Origin: Fibrobacteria bacterium
GTDB taxonomy: Bacteria > Fibrobacterota > Chitinivibrionia > Chitinivibrionales > FEN-1185
Assembly: GCA_037447435.1 (NCBI GenBank)
Contig: JBBIGR010000010.1
Coordinates: 1 to 64,000, forward strand
DNA length: 64,000 nucleotides
Direction: 5' to 3'
The position numbers and the translations under genes are program-made. The notes under the pieces are model-generated. The model was not told where the DNA came from. It ran no database searches and saw only the letters and a list, made by a program, of their open reading frames with translations. Shown here piece after piece: positions 39,482 to 48,871 of this stretch; positions within the stretch are counted from its first letter, which is position 1; the number at the start of each line of letters is the position of its first letter.

Positions 39482-39639
39482 GTTTTGTTTGTCGTAAGTC
39501 CGTAATTTCCCTTCGGTAGGCAGGGCGCAATAAATTGCATTATTTGATAGACTTTGGAAAATCATCAAGGTATAATCAGGTATTATCCCGATACAAACGT
39601 CTGGTTTTTTCCATCCTTTATCAATAACAGGAGGCGTAC

Positions 39640-40263
39640 ATGAAACTTTTTAAAACCCTGATTGCGGCAGCCGCAGTGTTAAGCCTGTCGTCATGCGATT
39701 TCGGACCGGCTCTAATTTATCAAGCACAAATGCCGGAATTCAAGCCGATCGACGGAAAAGCGAGGCTTGTTCTGATACGGCCGAAACCCGGTTTTTCGAT
39801 ATCTCTGGGAGGCTCCACTAATCCCAACGACATTATCACGTCCGTCTATCTTGATGCAAAGTATGTTTCCGAAACCTATTTCAGCACCGTCGTTTCCTTT
39901 CCGGTCGAACCCGGAGAACATTACATCTTTGCACGGTCTAAAGGGTTCGGCATGGCAAAGCCTATGGGAAAAGTGAAATTTAATTTTCAGGCCGGAAAAG
40001 TCTATTACCTCAATCTTAAGGTCGCCGTGGCTCCGACACCGGTAGGAGAAGTGCAAAGTTGCTTGCTCGATCCGATAGCCATCGATGAAGCCACTAAATT
40101 GCTTACCGAGAAAAAAGACCTTCGCTATGGTGAATTCGATACCAGTAAAAAACGGGATGACCTTGATCAAAAGGAATTCGCTTCACTGGAACGCGATTAC
40201 TCCAAATGGGTAAACGACAAACCCAACGATGCGAAAAAAGAATCCGAGTATCCCGGATATTGA
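39640..40263 (+). CDS. Lipoprotein, DUF2846-like
   Basis: Lipobox LSSC; ARLVLIRP, VEPGEH, AGKVYY motifs. Confidence 0.7.
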   Translation: MKLFKTLIAAAAVLSLSSCDFGPALIYQAQMPEFKPIDGKARLVLIRPKPGFSISLGGSTNPNDIITSVYLDAKYVSETYFSTVVSFPVEPGEHYIFARSKGFGMAKPMGKVKFNFQAGKVYYLNLKVAVAPTPVGEVQSCLLDPIAIDEATKLLTEKKDLRYGEFDTSKKRDDLDQKEFASLERDYSKWVNDKPNDAKKESEYPGY

Positions 40264-40284
40264 AATCGGTTCGGACAAAAAGTA

Positions 40285-40320
40285 AAAAAGAGCGCTTTTA
40301 AATCAAAAAGCGCTCTTTTT
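40285..40320. terminator. Bidirectional terminator
   Basis: aaaaagagcgctttt-aaatca-aaaagcgctcttttt between convergent genes. Confidence 0.85.
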
Positions 40321-40390
40321 ATTTACCATTCGTGTTAAGGTGACACTGCCGCGTCCGCGAAGCTTTCGCAAGGGGAAAAACCGCATAAAA

Positions 40391-42247
40391 TCAATCCAGG
40401 GTATGCACTTTTTGCCAGGCATCTTTTTCATCCCAGGCAGGCTGCACGCTTTTTTCAAAACAATAATTCTCTATGAAGAGAACATCCATATCGGTTCTCA
40501 TGAAGCATCGGTACGCATCGAGGGGAGTGCATACAATCGGTTCGCCGCGGACGTTGAAACTGGTATTGACCAAAACTGGGTAACCGGTTTTTTTCTCAAA
40601 CGCATCCAAGAGTCCCCAAAACCTCGGATTCACCGCACGGTCCACACTTTGTATGCGCGCCGAAAAGTCTATATGGGTTACGGCGGGAATATCCGAGCGG
40701 CACAAATACAGGCGCTCCAAAAGCGGGAGGGTTTCACACGATTGCGGCAGGGCGCTTAAGCGGGACTCTTTGACTTTTGCAACAAAAAGCATGTACGGCG
40801 AGGGACTGCGTAAATCGAAATATTCTTCCACATGTTCTTCCAAAACCGCGGGTGCGAACGGACGAAAACCCTCTCGAAATTTAATCGAAAGATTCATTTT
40901 TTTTTGCATGTCCGGTCTTCTCGAATCGCCAAGTATGCTTCTGTTGCCAAGGGCCCGGGGACCAAACTCCATTCGCCCCTGAAACCAACCGATTACCTTC
41001 CCGTTCTCCAAATGAGAGACAGCGGTTTCGAACAAACGCGATTCATCCCGTATTTTGGAAAAACGCGCATTAAAATGCCGCGCTGTTTTTTCAATGTCTA
41101 TATCGGCGTACGCGGGGCCGAGTAAACTTCCGTTCATTGCATCCGGCCGGCAAACGGATCGCTTTTCACCTTTTGCAATATGCCATCCGCCCAAGGCCGC
41201 GCCTATGGCTCCGCCTGCGTCGCCGGATGCCGGTTGAATCCAAAGGTTTTTAAAAATCCCGCGGGAAAGCAATGCACCGTTTGCGACACAGTTGAGCGCA
41301 ACGCCGCCCGCCAGTACGCAATTTTCCATCCCGGTCAATTTTTTCGCCGTTGCCGCAAGCGTGAGTACGATTTCTTCGGTTATTTCCTGTATTGCGCGCG
41401 CGAGGTTCATATGCTCCTGCGTGATTTCGCTTTCTTGTTTTCTTGGGGGAATTTTGAACAACGCTTCCCATCTTTTATCGTTGCACATGGTAAGCCCTGT
41501 TGCGAAATCGAAGTAATCCATGTTAAGCAGAAACGAACCGTCATCGCGGATGTCAATTATGGACTCCACGATCTTGTTTTTCATCGCCCGCATGGCGGCG
41601 TCGTTGTTTCCGTAAGGCGCAAGGCCCATGAGTTTGTATTCGCCGCTATTGACCTTAAACCCGCTTTACTGAGTAAAGGCCGAATATAAAAGCCCGAGCG
41701 AATGGGGAAATTGTAATTCTGCAATCATCTCCAGGGTATTGCCAACTCCTTTGCCGATCGTCGTGGTTGCCCATTCTCCCACGCCGTCGAGGGTCAATAT
41801 TGCGGCTTCGGAAAACGGTGAAGGAAAATAAGCGCTTGCTGCATGCGATACGTGATGTTCCATGAAAAGCAGTTGCGGTACCCCTCCGCCCAAAGCGGAG
41901 AGTTCCTTTTTGAGCATGTCCTTTAAGAATAATTTTTCTTTGATCCAAACGGGTATTGCTTTTGCAAAGCTCGTAAAACCCTTTGGTGCAAACGCATGAT
42001 ACGTTTGCAATAACCGCTCGAATTTAAGGAGCGGTTTTTCATAAAAAACAACGAGTTCTATTTCGCTCATATCAATACCGGAATCGGAAAGCACCGATCG
42101 TATCGCGTGAGCCGGAAATGCCGGGTCGTGTTTCGTACGGGTAAACCGTTCCTCCTGCGCGGCCGCGCAGAGGGTACCGTCGATAAGCAATGCAGCCGCA
42201 CTGTCGTGATAATATGCCGAAATTCCCAATATGGCCCTTTGTTTCAA
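40391..42247 (-). pseudogene. NodU/CmcH (SxtI-like) carbamoyltransferase interrupted by an in-frame TAA
   Basis: YHDSAA, QEERF, EHHVSH, DGVGE; then AFTQ*SGFKVNSGEYKLMGLAPYG in one frame; GRMEFGPRALGNRS, NTSFN. Confidence 0.88.
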
Positions 42248-42259
42248 CGGCTTATTCCT

Positions 42260-42409
42260 TTAAAAAAGGGTATAAATAAAAGGAGCTATGGCCGAACCGG
42301 CGGTAAGAACGACCAGCGCGCCGAATAGCAATAAGATGACGATAAGCGGCAATAGCCAGAATTTTTTCCGTATGGCCATATAGCCGATAAAATCTTTAAA
42401 AAAATCCAT
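42260..42409 (-). CDS. DUF5989 (SxtK-like) small membrane protein, 49 aa
   Basis: Manual translation MDFFKDFIGYMAIRKKFWLLPLIVILLLFGALVVLTAGSAIAPFIYTLF; below the ORF-track size cutoff. Confidence 0.9.
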   Translation of the reverse strand: MDFFKDFIGYMAIRKKFWLLPLIVILLLFGALVVLTAGSAIAPFIYTLF

Positions 42410-42423
42410 ATTCGAAATCTTTC

Positions 42424-42831
42424 TTAAAACGGGTTTTGAAAGTCTTGCGGCGTAATGAGGCGTTTCCTCGTTTGCAAAACGGACGCGCTGCTTTTTTTGA
42501 ACTGTTTCAAGAGTAAATCATCCTTTCCCGATATTCGTCTGACAAGTGCGACGGGCACGACGACGATACTGTAAATCAACCAAAGCATCAATCCGGATAC
42601 GATCGAACCGGCGACCAGCGATAAGCCGTACCAGCCAATTGTCAATGGCCTAAGGACTTTGGGAAAAGTCATTGTTATGAAAAGAAAGAGAACGGCAAGG
42701 GTAATTAAAAAAACAGCGTGATGGGAATACCAGATAAGCAATGAAACCGTTGCCAAGGCGGTTCCCGCGTTGCGGTCTTTTTCAAGGGTGCCGTATTTGG
42801 CATAAAAGCTATTTGGGTTTTTATTTTTCAT
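42424..42831 (-). CDS. SxtJ-family membrane protein
   Basis: PKVLRPL..W..L, YSIVVVP, GKDDL, C-terminal DFQNPF; start MKNKNP at 42831. Confidence 0.8.
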   Translation of the reverse strand: MKNKNPNSFYAKYGTLEKDRNAGTALATVSLLIWYSHHAVFLITLAVLFLFITMTFPKVLRPLTIGWYGLSLVAGSIVSGLMLWLIYSIVVVPVALVRRISGKDDLLLKQFKKSSASVLQTRKRLITPQDFQNPF

Positions 42832-44134
42832 TGCCGTTTTCCACGTACCGGTTCGCAATAAGATAATCATACAAGATTTTCGCCGCGAGCGCATGTCCTT
42901 TGTTGTTCCAATGACCGTCATGTTCGAACGAGTATGATTTTGATCCTTTTGCCTTTTCGAAAAATTCCGGAATCGAGCTGATATAGGGAATTTGGCAGGA
43001 ATCGCACAATCGATTGAGCATTGTCGGCATTTGCGGTTGTTCGCCGCTGCCGTTGGACATTTCATAGACGAGTAATTTCGCTTTCAGGGAATCGACGCTG
43101 TAATGCATTGCATTGAGAAGACCGCCCAGAAGTCTTGTTTTATACTGAATCGTGCCTTCCATTGTTAAAGCCTTTTGTTCGGTTTCGCTTGTCTTGTTTA
43201 TTGCGCCTTTCCATTCGTTGTCAAGCGCATGGGTCCAATTCAGCGATCGGGTCAGCCACGGATTTTCTCTGACCGCTTTCCGGGCAAGGCAATACAAAGT
43301 GGAGTGTGCCAGATCGTTTTTGAGGCTTTTAAAAAAGCTTGCTTTACGTCCAGGAACACCGGTATCCTGCGCGGGAATGTTCCGGTCTGCCCTTTGCGGC
43401 GGTTCGTTAACGTTAAACACCGTGATATACCGGCTTGAATCCGGAAATCGAATCGGGACCGGAACGCCTCTAAGGGAAATCGTGCCGGAGTCATTTAAAG
43501 CAAAATAGGATTTGGCGTATATTCTGTTCGGATTGCGAATGGTGATATTATCGTTAAAGTCATTGCCGCTGAACACATAAATCACAATATCCGGTTTATA
43601 CCGCGCTGCCTCGGACAAAAGAGTCAAATACGATTGGTCGGTGCCGTATCCCCGTACGCCGAAATTGAGTACTTCGTACCGGTCGATTTTTTCCAGAGAA
43701 GCGGACGATGCCCTTTTCGTACCGGCATTAAGCATCTGTTCAAGCTTCGTGCTTAACAAATGCGCTTCGTCCACCTCAAAGCCGGCAATGGCCGAATTTC
43801 CTATCATGCAAATCCGTTTTATCCGGTCTTTTTTTTCATACAAACGTTCTTTGCCGCGCAGTCCCGAAGAATTGACCGCGATCGTGGTTCGTATTCGGTC
43901 CAATTGCTGTGAAAAAACTCCCCGTGAATTCGGTTTCAATTTCCAACCCCGTACCGGGTCGTACATGTAAATTTGCGCCGAGGCGCTTTCCCCGGGATAC
44001 ATAAAATCCAGAAATGCATAATATCCGCGAATGCCGAATTCCAATGCCAAAAGGGTAATTGCAATCGAAAGCACGGTAAGGCCGGCATTGCATAAAAAAG
44101 AAATAAGCAGTTTTTTTGTCCTGAAGGAATGCAT
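42821..44134 (-). CDS. SGNH/GDSL-family hydrolase/acyltransferase (membrane anchored)
   Basis: IGNS, NFGVRGYG, GND, DGHWN blocks. Confidence 0.85.
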   Translation of the reverse strand: MHSFRTKKLLISFLCNAGLTVLSIAITLLALEFGIRGYYAFLDFMYPGESASAQIYMYDPVRGWKLKPNSRGVFSQQLDRIRTTIAVNSSGLRGKERLYEKKDRIKRICMIGNSAIAGFEVDEAHLLSTKLEQMLNAGTKRASSASLEKIDRYEVLNFGVRGYGTDQSYLTLLSEAARYKPDIVIYVFSGNDFNDNITIRNPNRIYAKSYFALNDSGTISLRGVPVPIRFPDSSRYITVFNVNEPPQRADRNIPAQDTGVPGRKASFFKSLKNDLAHSTLYCLARKAVRENPWLTRSLNWTHALDNEWKGAINKTSETEQKALTMEGTIQYKTRLLGGLLNAMHYSVDSLKAKLLVYEMSNGSGEQPQMPTMLNRLCDSCQIPYISSIPEFFEKAKGSKSYSFEHDGHWNNKGHALAAKILYDYLIANRYVENGNEK

Positions 44135-44274
44135 GATGGTGCGGAACCTTTTTAATTGGAGTGGACTAAGTCATTATAGCAACTGTATACTATGATGGTC
44201 AATCAGTTCCTGTATCTTTTTTATGTTTTTTACGTAGAGAATCAATAAAATAAGCTTAAATCGAGGTACCCCGC

Positions 44275-45003
44275 ATGGTAAATATTCGAATAGTCCTTGT
44301 CTGTCTCGGCCTTTTTTGTTTTCCCCTCTATGCGGGTCATAATGAAAACGAAAAGAGTATTGATCCAACGTTGGCTTTGGATATGCTCTTGCAGGGAAAT
44401 GAGCGATTTATCAACTTTGAAGCGCAGCATCCGAGGCAAATGGCGGAACAACGTCAAAAAACCGCTAAAAACGGGCAGAAACCCTTTGCATCGGTTTTAA
44501 CGTGTTCCGATTCCCGCGTCCCGGTTGAAATTCTGTTCGATGTCGGCATTGGAGACGTTTTTGTGGTCAGGGTTGCGGGTAACGTTGCCGACAAATGCGA
44601 AATTGGTTCCTTGGAATACGGAGCCGCCCATTTAGGAACCCGCCTTATCGTGGTTATGGGGCATACGAAATGCTGCGCAGTCACCGCGGCAGTTAAAAAA
44701 CAGGATGCGGGTCCTTGCGTCGCTGCGATCATCAATAAGATTTCTCCCGCACTCGAAAAAGTTAAGGCGGAAAGTAAAGGTTTGTCCGAGGATGCCGTGA
44801 TTCTTAAAGCCATACGTGCAAATGTTTGGCAATCGGTAGAAGAAATATTGGAAAGCAGCGAGGAGATCAGAAATCTGGTTTTGGAAGGCAAGGTAAAAGT
44901 CGTCGGTGCGCTGTACGATATTCAGGCAGGTACGGTTACCAATATGGGTGTGCATTATAATCAGGCAAAAATCCTCGCGAATTATAAAAATTCTAAAAAA
45001 TGA
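44275..45003 (+). CDS. Beta-class carbonic anhydrase with signal peptide
   Basis: GNERF, CSDSRV, VRVAGN, GHTKC. Confidence 0.93.
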   Translation: MVNIRIVLVCLGLFCFPLYAGHNENEKSIDPTLALDMLLQGNERFINFEAQHPRQMAEQRQKTAKNGQKPFASVLTCSDSRVPVEILFDVGIGDVFVVRVAGNVADKCEIGSLEYGAAHLGTRLIVVMGHTKCCAVTAAVKKQDAGPCVAAIINKISPALEKVKAESKGLSEDAVILKAIRANVWQSVEEILESSEEIRNLVLEGKVKVVGALYDIQAGTVTNMGVHYNQAKILANYKNSKK

Positions 45004-45014
45004 TCTTTTTGTAA

Positions 45015-45539
45015 ATGTCTAAATCGATTTATCCAATCCTCATAGCCGGTATAGGCAACCCCTTACTGAGCGACGATACCGCCGGTCTTTTGGCAATAGA
45101 TATGCTGGAAAATAAAATTGCCAAAACAGAAAATGTCGTTTTAAAAAAACTCTATTGCGGCGGCTTTGATCTGGTGACCGAAATAGCCTCGTTTACTACG
45201 GTCATCATCATAGATTGCATCATCGATTCCGCGATAAAACCGGGTGAAATAAAACGGTTTCTTTTTTCCAGCCAAGATAGTATGATGGAAAAAAGCAAAT
45301 TCGCGGCATCATCCCATGGGATTGATTTGAACGATGTACTGAAAACAGGGACACTTTTAGGATACGCAATGCCGACCGACGTTATCGTATATGGAATAGG
45401 CGGGGCCGACGTTACGACCTTCAACGAATCACCTCGGGAACCGGTTAAACAGGCAATACATAGTCTTATCGGAATTATAGAAAATGATTTGAAAAACCTT
45501 AGACCACTCGGCCCTCAATCGGAGGCAAAACCCGTATGA
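45015..45539 (+). CDS. [NiFe]-hydrogenase maturation protease
   Basis: GIGNPLLSDDTAG, IIDC, SSHG. Confidence 0.92.
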   Translation: MSKSIYPILIAGIGNPLLSDDTAGLLAIDMLENKIAKTENVVLKKLYCGGFDLVTEIASFTTVIIIDCIIDSAIKPGEIKRFLFSSQDSMMEKSKFAASSHGIDLNDVLKTGTLLGYAMPTDVIVYGIGGADVTTFNESPREPVKQAIHSLIGIIENDLKNLRPLGPQSEAKPV

Positions 45540-47476
45540 AGGATTCGCCGCAAAAGATTGCAGTACTGCTTTGTAAATGCGGAACGAACATTTCGCAGAA
45601 CATCGACCTTACCGGCCTCGGTGACTGGGCTAAAAAACAGCCGAATGTCGTGACCGTGGTCACGCATGATCTTCTCTGCTCTCCGGCGGGAAAGCAATGT
45701 GTCGTAGACACAATCGAAAAAAGTGGAGCCGATTCCGTGCTTATTGCCGCTTGTTCTCCCAAAATGCACGAACAAACGTTCCGCGAAGAGGCGGAAAAGA
45801 AAAACCTGAATCTTGCCCGCGTGCACATGGCGAATATCCGCGAACATGCGGCATGGGTAACCCCGGATCCAAAGGATGCCCTCGATAAGGCAAAATCTCT
45901 TGTCAATGCCGCAATTAAGCGCGTGCTTACGCATGTCGATCTCGAAAAACGTTCGATGACGTGCAGTACCGATATTGTCGTGATCGGGGGCGGTATTGCC
46001 GGAATCGAGGCTGCGCTGATGGCCGCAGAAGCCGGACGCACCGTGACCATTATCGAAAAAGAGATTTCCCTTGGCGGCACTGTCATAAAAACCGATGAAG
46101 TCGCTCCGAGTATGGAATGCGCACCCTGCATGTTGGCACCGCGGCTCAGCGCGGTGCGCGAGAATAAAAACATTACCGTGATTACCAATGCGGAAGTCCG
46201 GGATGTTTTGGGCTTTTTCGGCAATTTTACGATTAAGGTATTGCGCAAGGCGCGCTATGTGACCGACGCTTGTATTGGTTGTGAAGCATGCTTCGAAACA
46301 TGCCCGGTGTCGGTGCCGAGTTCATTTCATTTGGGTTTGGGTAACCGCAAAGCAATTTACACCGAATTCCCGGGGTCGGTTCCCGCTGCTGCGGCGATAG
46401 ACGAAACTGCGTGCCTTCGCCTGCAGGGAAAACCCTGCGACGAATGCGTGAAAGCATGCGGCTTTAACGCCGTGAACTTTAACGACAAACCGGAAAATAT
46501 TCAGGTAAAGGCCGGCGCCGTTATTATTGCGATAGGGCACAATACGCCAAAAACAGAAGCGCTTTTGCGTTTTCCCCTCGGTGAGCGGGTCATTACCATG
46601 GACGAGTTCGAGCGCCTGGCCGCTTCAAACGGACCGACGGGCGGCGAGGTACGTACAAGTAAAGGAGTTCCCGCTTCTATTGCCGTTGTTCATTGCGCCG
46701 GATCGCTTTCGAGCGGTGGGCTGGACTATTGTTCCGGCATTTGCTGCATGAACAGCATGAAGGCCGGCGAACTTTTCAGGAAAAAGAATCCCGGTGGAAA
46801 AGTGACCCATATTCACGACAGGCTCGTATTTCCTTTCCCTGCCGCCGAATCGTTCTATCATCGCCAACGGGAGGAAGGGGCTACTTTTATCAAGACCGCT
46901 TCGCTGTCGGCCCTTTCCATAGAAGAAAAAAACGGAACAATGACCGTTACCGGTAAAGACTTCCCGCAAATTACCGCCGATCTTATCGTCCTGTCGCACG
47001 GCATGGGGCCGGCAAAAGACACGCGGGAACTGGGGAGTATCGCAAGTCTCGAAACCGATTCGCACGGGTATTACAAGCCCGATCATCCGCTGCTGCGCGC
47101 AATGGCGACCGGACTTTCGGGAATTTACATGGCGGGATCCTGCGTGTCGCCTTGCTCGATAAGCGAAGCGGTCATGCGAGCGCGTGCCGCTGCCGGCGAC
47201 GCCATGTCGATGCTTGTCGAAGGAAAAAATATCGAACTCGAATCCATGACCTCGTATATAGACGGACAGCTTTGTGCAGGTTGTAAACTGTGCATTGCGG
47301 TTTGTCCGTATAAAGCAATTTCGTACGACAATGAAAAAAAAATCAGCGTGATCAATGAAGCGATTTGCCGGGGCTGCGGTACCTGCGCAGCGGCGTGCGG
47401 CGCAAATGCGGCACATGCCCGCCATTATACCAATAAGCAGATTTACGCCGAAATCGAGGGGGTATTGCATGAATGA
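45536..47476 (+). CDS. hdrA: Heterodisulfide reductase subunit A-like flavoprotein
   Basis: CKCGTNI, AACSP..HE.TF, ANIRE, GGGIAG, EFER, YCSGICC, several ferredoxin motifs. Confidence 0.93.
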   Translation: MKDSPQKIAVLLCKCGTNISQNIDLTGLGDWAKKQPNVVTVVTHDLLCSPAGKQCVVDTIEKSGADSVLIAACSPKMHEQTFREEAEKKNLNLARVHMANIREHAAWVTPDPKDALDKAKSLVNAAIKRVLTHVDLEKRSMTCSTDIVVIGGGIAGIEAALMAAEAGRTVTIIEKEISLGGTVIKTDEVAPSMECAPCMLAPRLSAVRENKNITVITNAEVRDVLGFFGNFTIKVLRKARYVTDACIGCEACFETCPVSVPSSFHLGLGNRKAIYTEFPGSVPAAAAIDETACLRLQGKPCDECVKACGFNAVNFNDKPENIQVKAGAVIIAIGHNTPKTEALLRFPLGERVITMDEFERLAASNGPTGGEVRTSKGVPASIAVVHCAGSLSSGGLDYCSGICCMNSMKAGELFRKKNPGGKVTHIHDRLVFPFPAAESFYHRQREEGATFIKTASLSALSIEEKNGTMTVTGKDFPQITADLIVLSHGMGPAKDTRELGSIASLETDSHGYYKPDHPLLRAMATGLSGIYMAGSCVSPCSISEAVMRARAAAGDAMSMLVEGKNIELESMTSYIDGQLCAGCKLCIAVCPYKAISYDNEKKISVINEAICRGCGTCAAACGANAAHARHYTNKQIYAEIEGVLHE

Positions 47477-47900
47477 ATTTCAACCCAAAATAGTCGCTTT
47501 TGTCTGTAACTGGTGTTCGTATGCCGGTGCGGATTCGGCCGGCGGCCAAAAACTTCAATATCCCGCCAATGTCAAACTTATTCGCGTCATGTGCAGCGGC
47601 CGAGTGGACCCGCAATTCGTGATGAAGTCGTTTAAGGATGGTGCCGACGGCGTGATGGTGCTCGGTTGCCATCCCGGGGATTGCCATTATAGAAACGGGA
47701 ATCGCAAAACATATAAACGGTTTACCCTGTTTGCCGCAATGCTTTCGCAATTCGGCATCGATGCCGACCGGTTCCTGCTCGATTGGGTAGCGGCAGGAGA
47801 AGCCAAAAAATTTGCCGAGGTCGCCAATGCGATGACCGAAAAGGTCAAAAAACTCGGCCAGCTCGTTCTTGCCGGACATGTCGAAAAGGAGGTTGCGTAA
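47469..47900 (+). CDS. mvhD: Methyl-viologen-reducing hydrogenase delta subunit
   Basis: AFVCNWCSYAGAD, RVMCSGRV, GCHPGDCHY; ATG at 47469 overlaps the hdrA end. Confidence 0.95.
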   Translation: MNEFQPKIVAFVCNWCSYAGADSAGGQKLQYPANVKLIRVMCSGRVDPQFVMKSFKDGADGVMVLGCHPGDCHYRNGNRKTYKRFTLFAAMLSQFGIDADRFLLDWVAAGEAKKFAEVANAMTEKVKKLGQLVLAGHVEKEVA

Positions 47901-48871
47901 TGACAACAAAGCCCAAAGTGGCGTTATATTGGTGTTCGTCGTGCGGCGGATGCGAGGAAACCGTGGTGGATCTCGACGAAGCGGTATTGGATGTCGTCGC
48001 CGCAATCGATATCGTGTTCTGGCCCTGCGCAATGGATTTCAAATATGCCGACGTCGAAAAATTGCGGGATAACGAGCTCGCCGTATCATTTATCAATGGG
48101 GCGATCCGAACCTCGGAACAGGAGCACGTCGCCAAATTGCTTCGGAGAAAATCCGCCGCGGTCATTGCGTTCGGGAGCTGCGCCTGCATGGGCGGCATAC
48201 CCGCCCTGGCAAATTTGACCGGTAAAAACGAAATTTTCCGTACGTCCTATTTGCATTCGCCCACGGTTGTCAACAAAGAAGGGACTGTGCCTGTCGAAAC
48301 ATCGGTCAATGCCGGTTTTACCCTCACCTTGCCGAGGTTTTTCGAAACCGTGCGCACCGTTTCCCAGGTTATCGATGTCGATTATTTTTTGCCCGGTTGC
48401 CCGCCGACGCCAACGCTCCTTGCCGCAGCGGTCAATGCTTTACTGCAGGGAAAATTGCCTCCCAAGGGATCGGTTTTACTGCCTGAAAAAGTGCTCTGTT
48501 CATCCTGCGATCGTAATGCGACAAAGCCCGACACGATGTGCGTCGACGAAATCAAGCGTATCAACCGGGTCGCTGCAGACCCTGCAAAATGTCTGCTTGC
48601 CCAGGGAATTTTATGCATGGGGCCTGTCACGCGCGACGGATGCGGTTTTCCGTGCGTAAAAGGAAACATGGCGTGTACCGGTTGTTTCGGACCTGTTGAT
48701 AACGCAGATCAGGGTGCGCGCATGATTTCGGCTCTCGGAGGAATTATTGATGCCGAAGACGATGGGTTTAAAAAGGCCGTAGCCGATGTTATCGACCCGG
48801 CCGGTTCGTTTTACCGATACTCACTGTCAACATCGCTTCTCGGAGCAAAACGAGAGGACGGAGCGCTATGA
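47900..48871 (+). CDS. mvhG: Group 3c [NiFe]-hydrogenase small subunit
   Basis: CSSCGGCE, FGSCACMGGIP, LPGCPP, CMGPVT..C..PC..CTGC; ATG at 47900. Confidence 0.92.
   Translation: MTTKPKVALYWCSSCGGCEETVVDLDEAVLDVVAAIDIVFWPCAMDFKYADVEKLRDNELAVSFINGAIRTSEQEHVAKLLRRKSAAVIAFGSCACMGGIPALANLTGKNEIFRTSYLHSPTVVNKEGTVPVETSVNAGFTLTLPRFFETVRTVSQVIDVDYFLPGCPPTPTLLAAAVNALLQGKLPPKGSVLLPEKVLCSSCDRNATKPDTMCVDEIKRINRVAADPAKCLLAQGILCMGPVTRDGCGFPCVKGNMACTGCFGPVDNADQGARMISALGGIIDAEDDGFKKAVADVIDPAGSFYRYSLSTSLLGAKREDGAL

Noticed and set aside
41666..41668. Stop-codon recoding or an alternative genetic code
   Set aside because: TAA is the ordinary terminator of many genes in this window and only this one internal instance was seen.
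40391..42831. Saxitoxin biosynthesis cluster
   Set aside because: Only the widespread sxtI/J/K-like genes are present; no sxtA, sxtG or other core genes.
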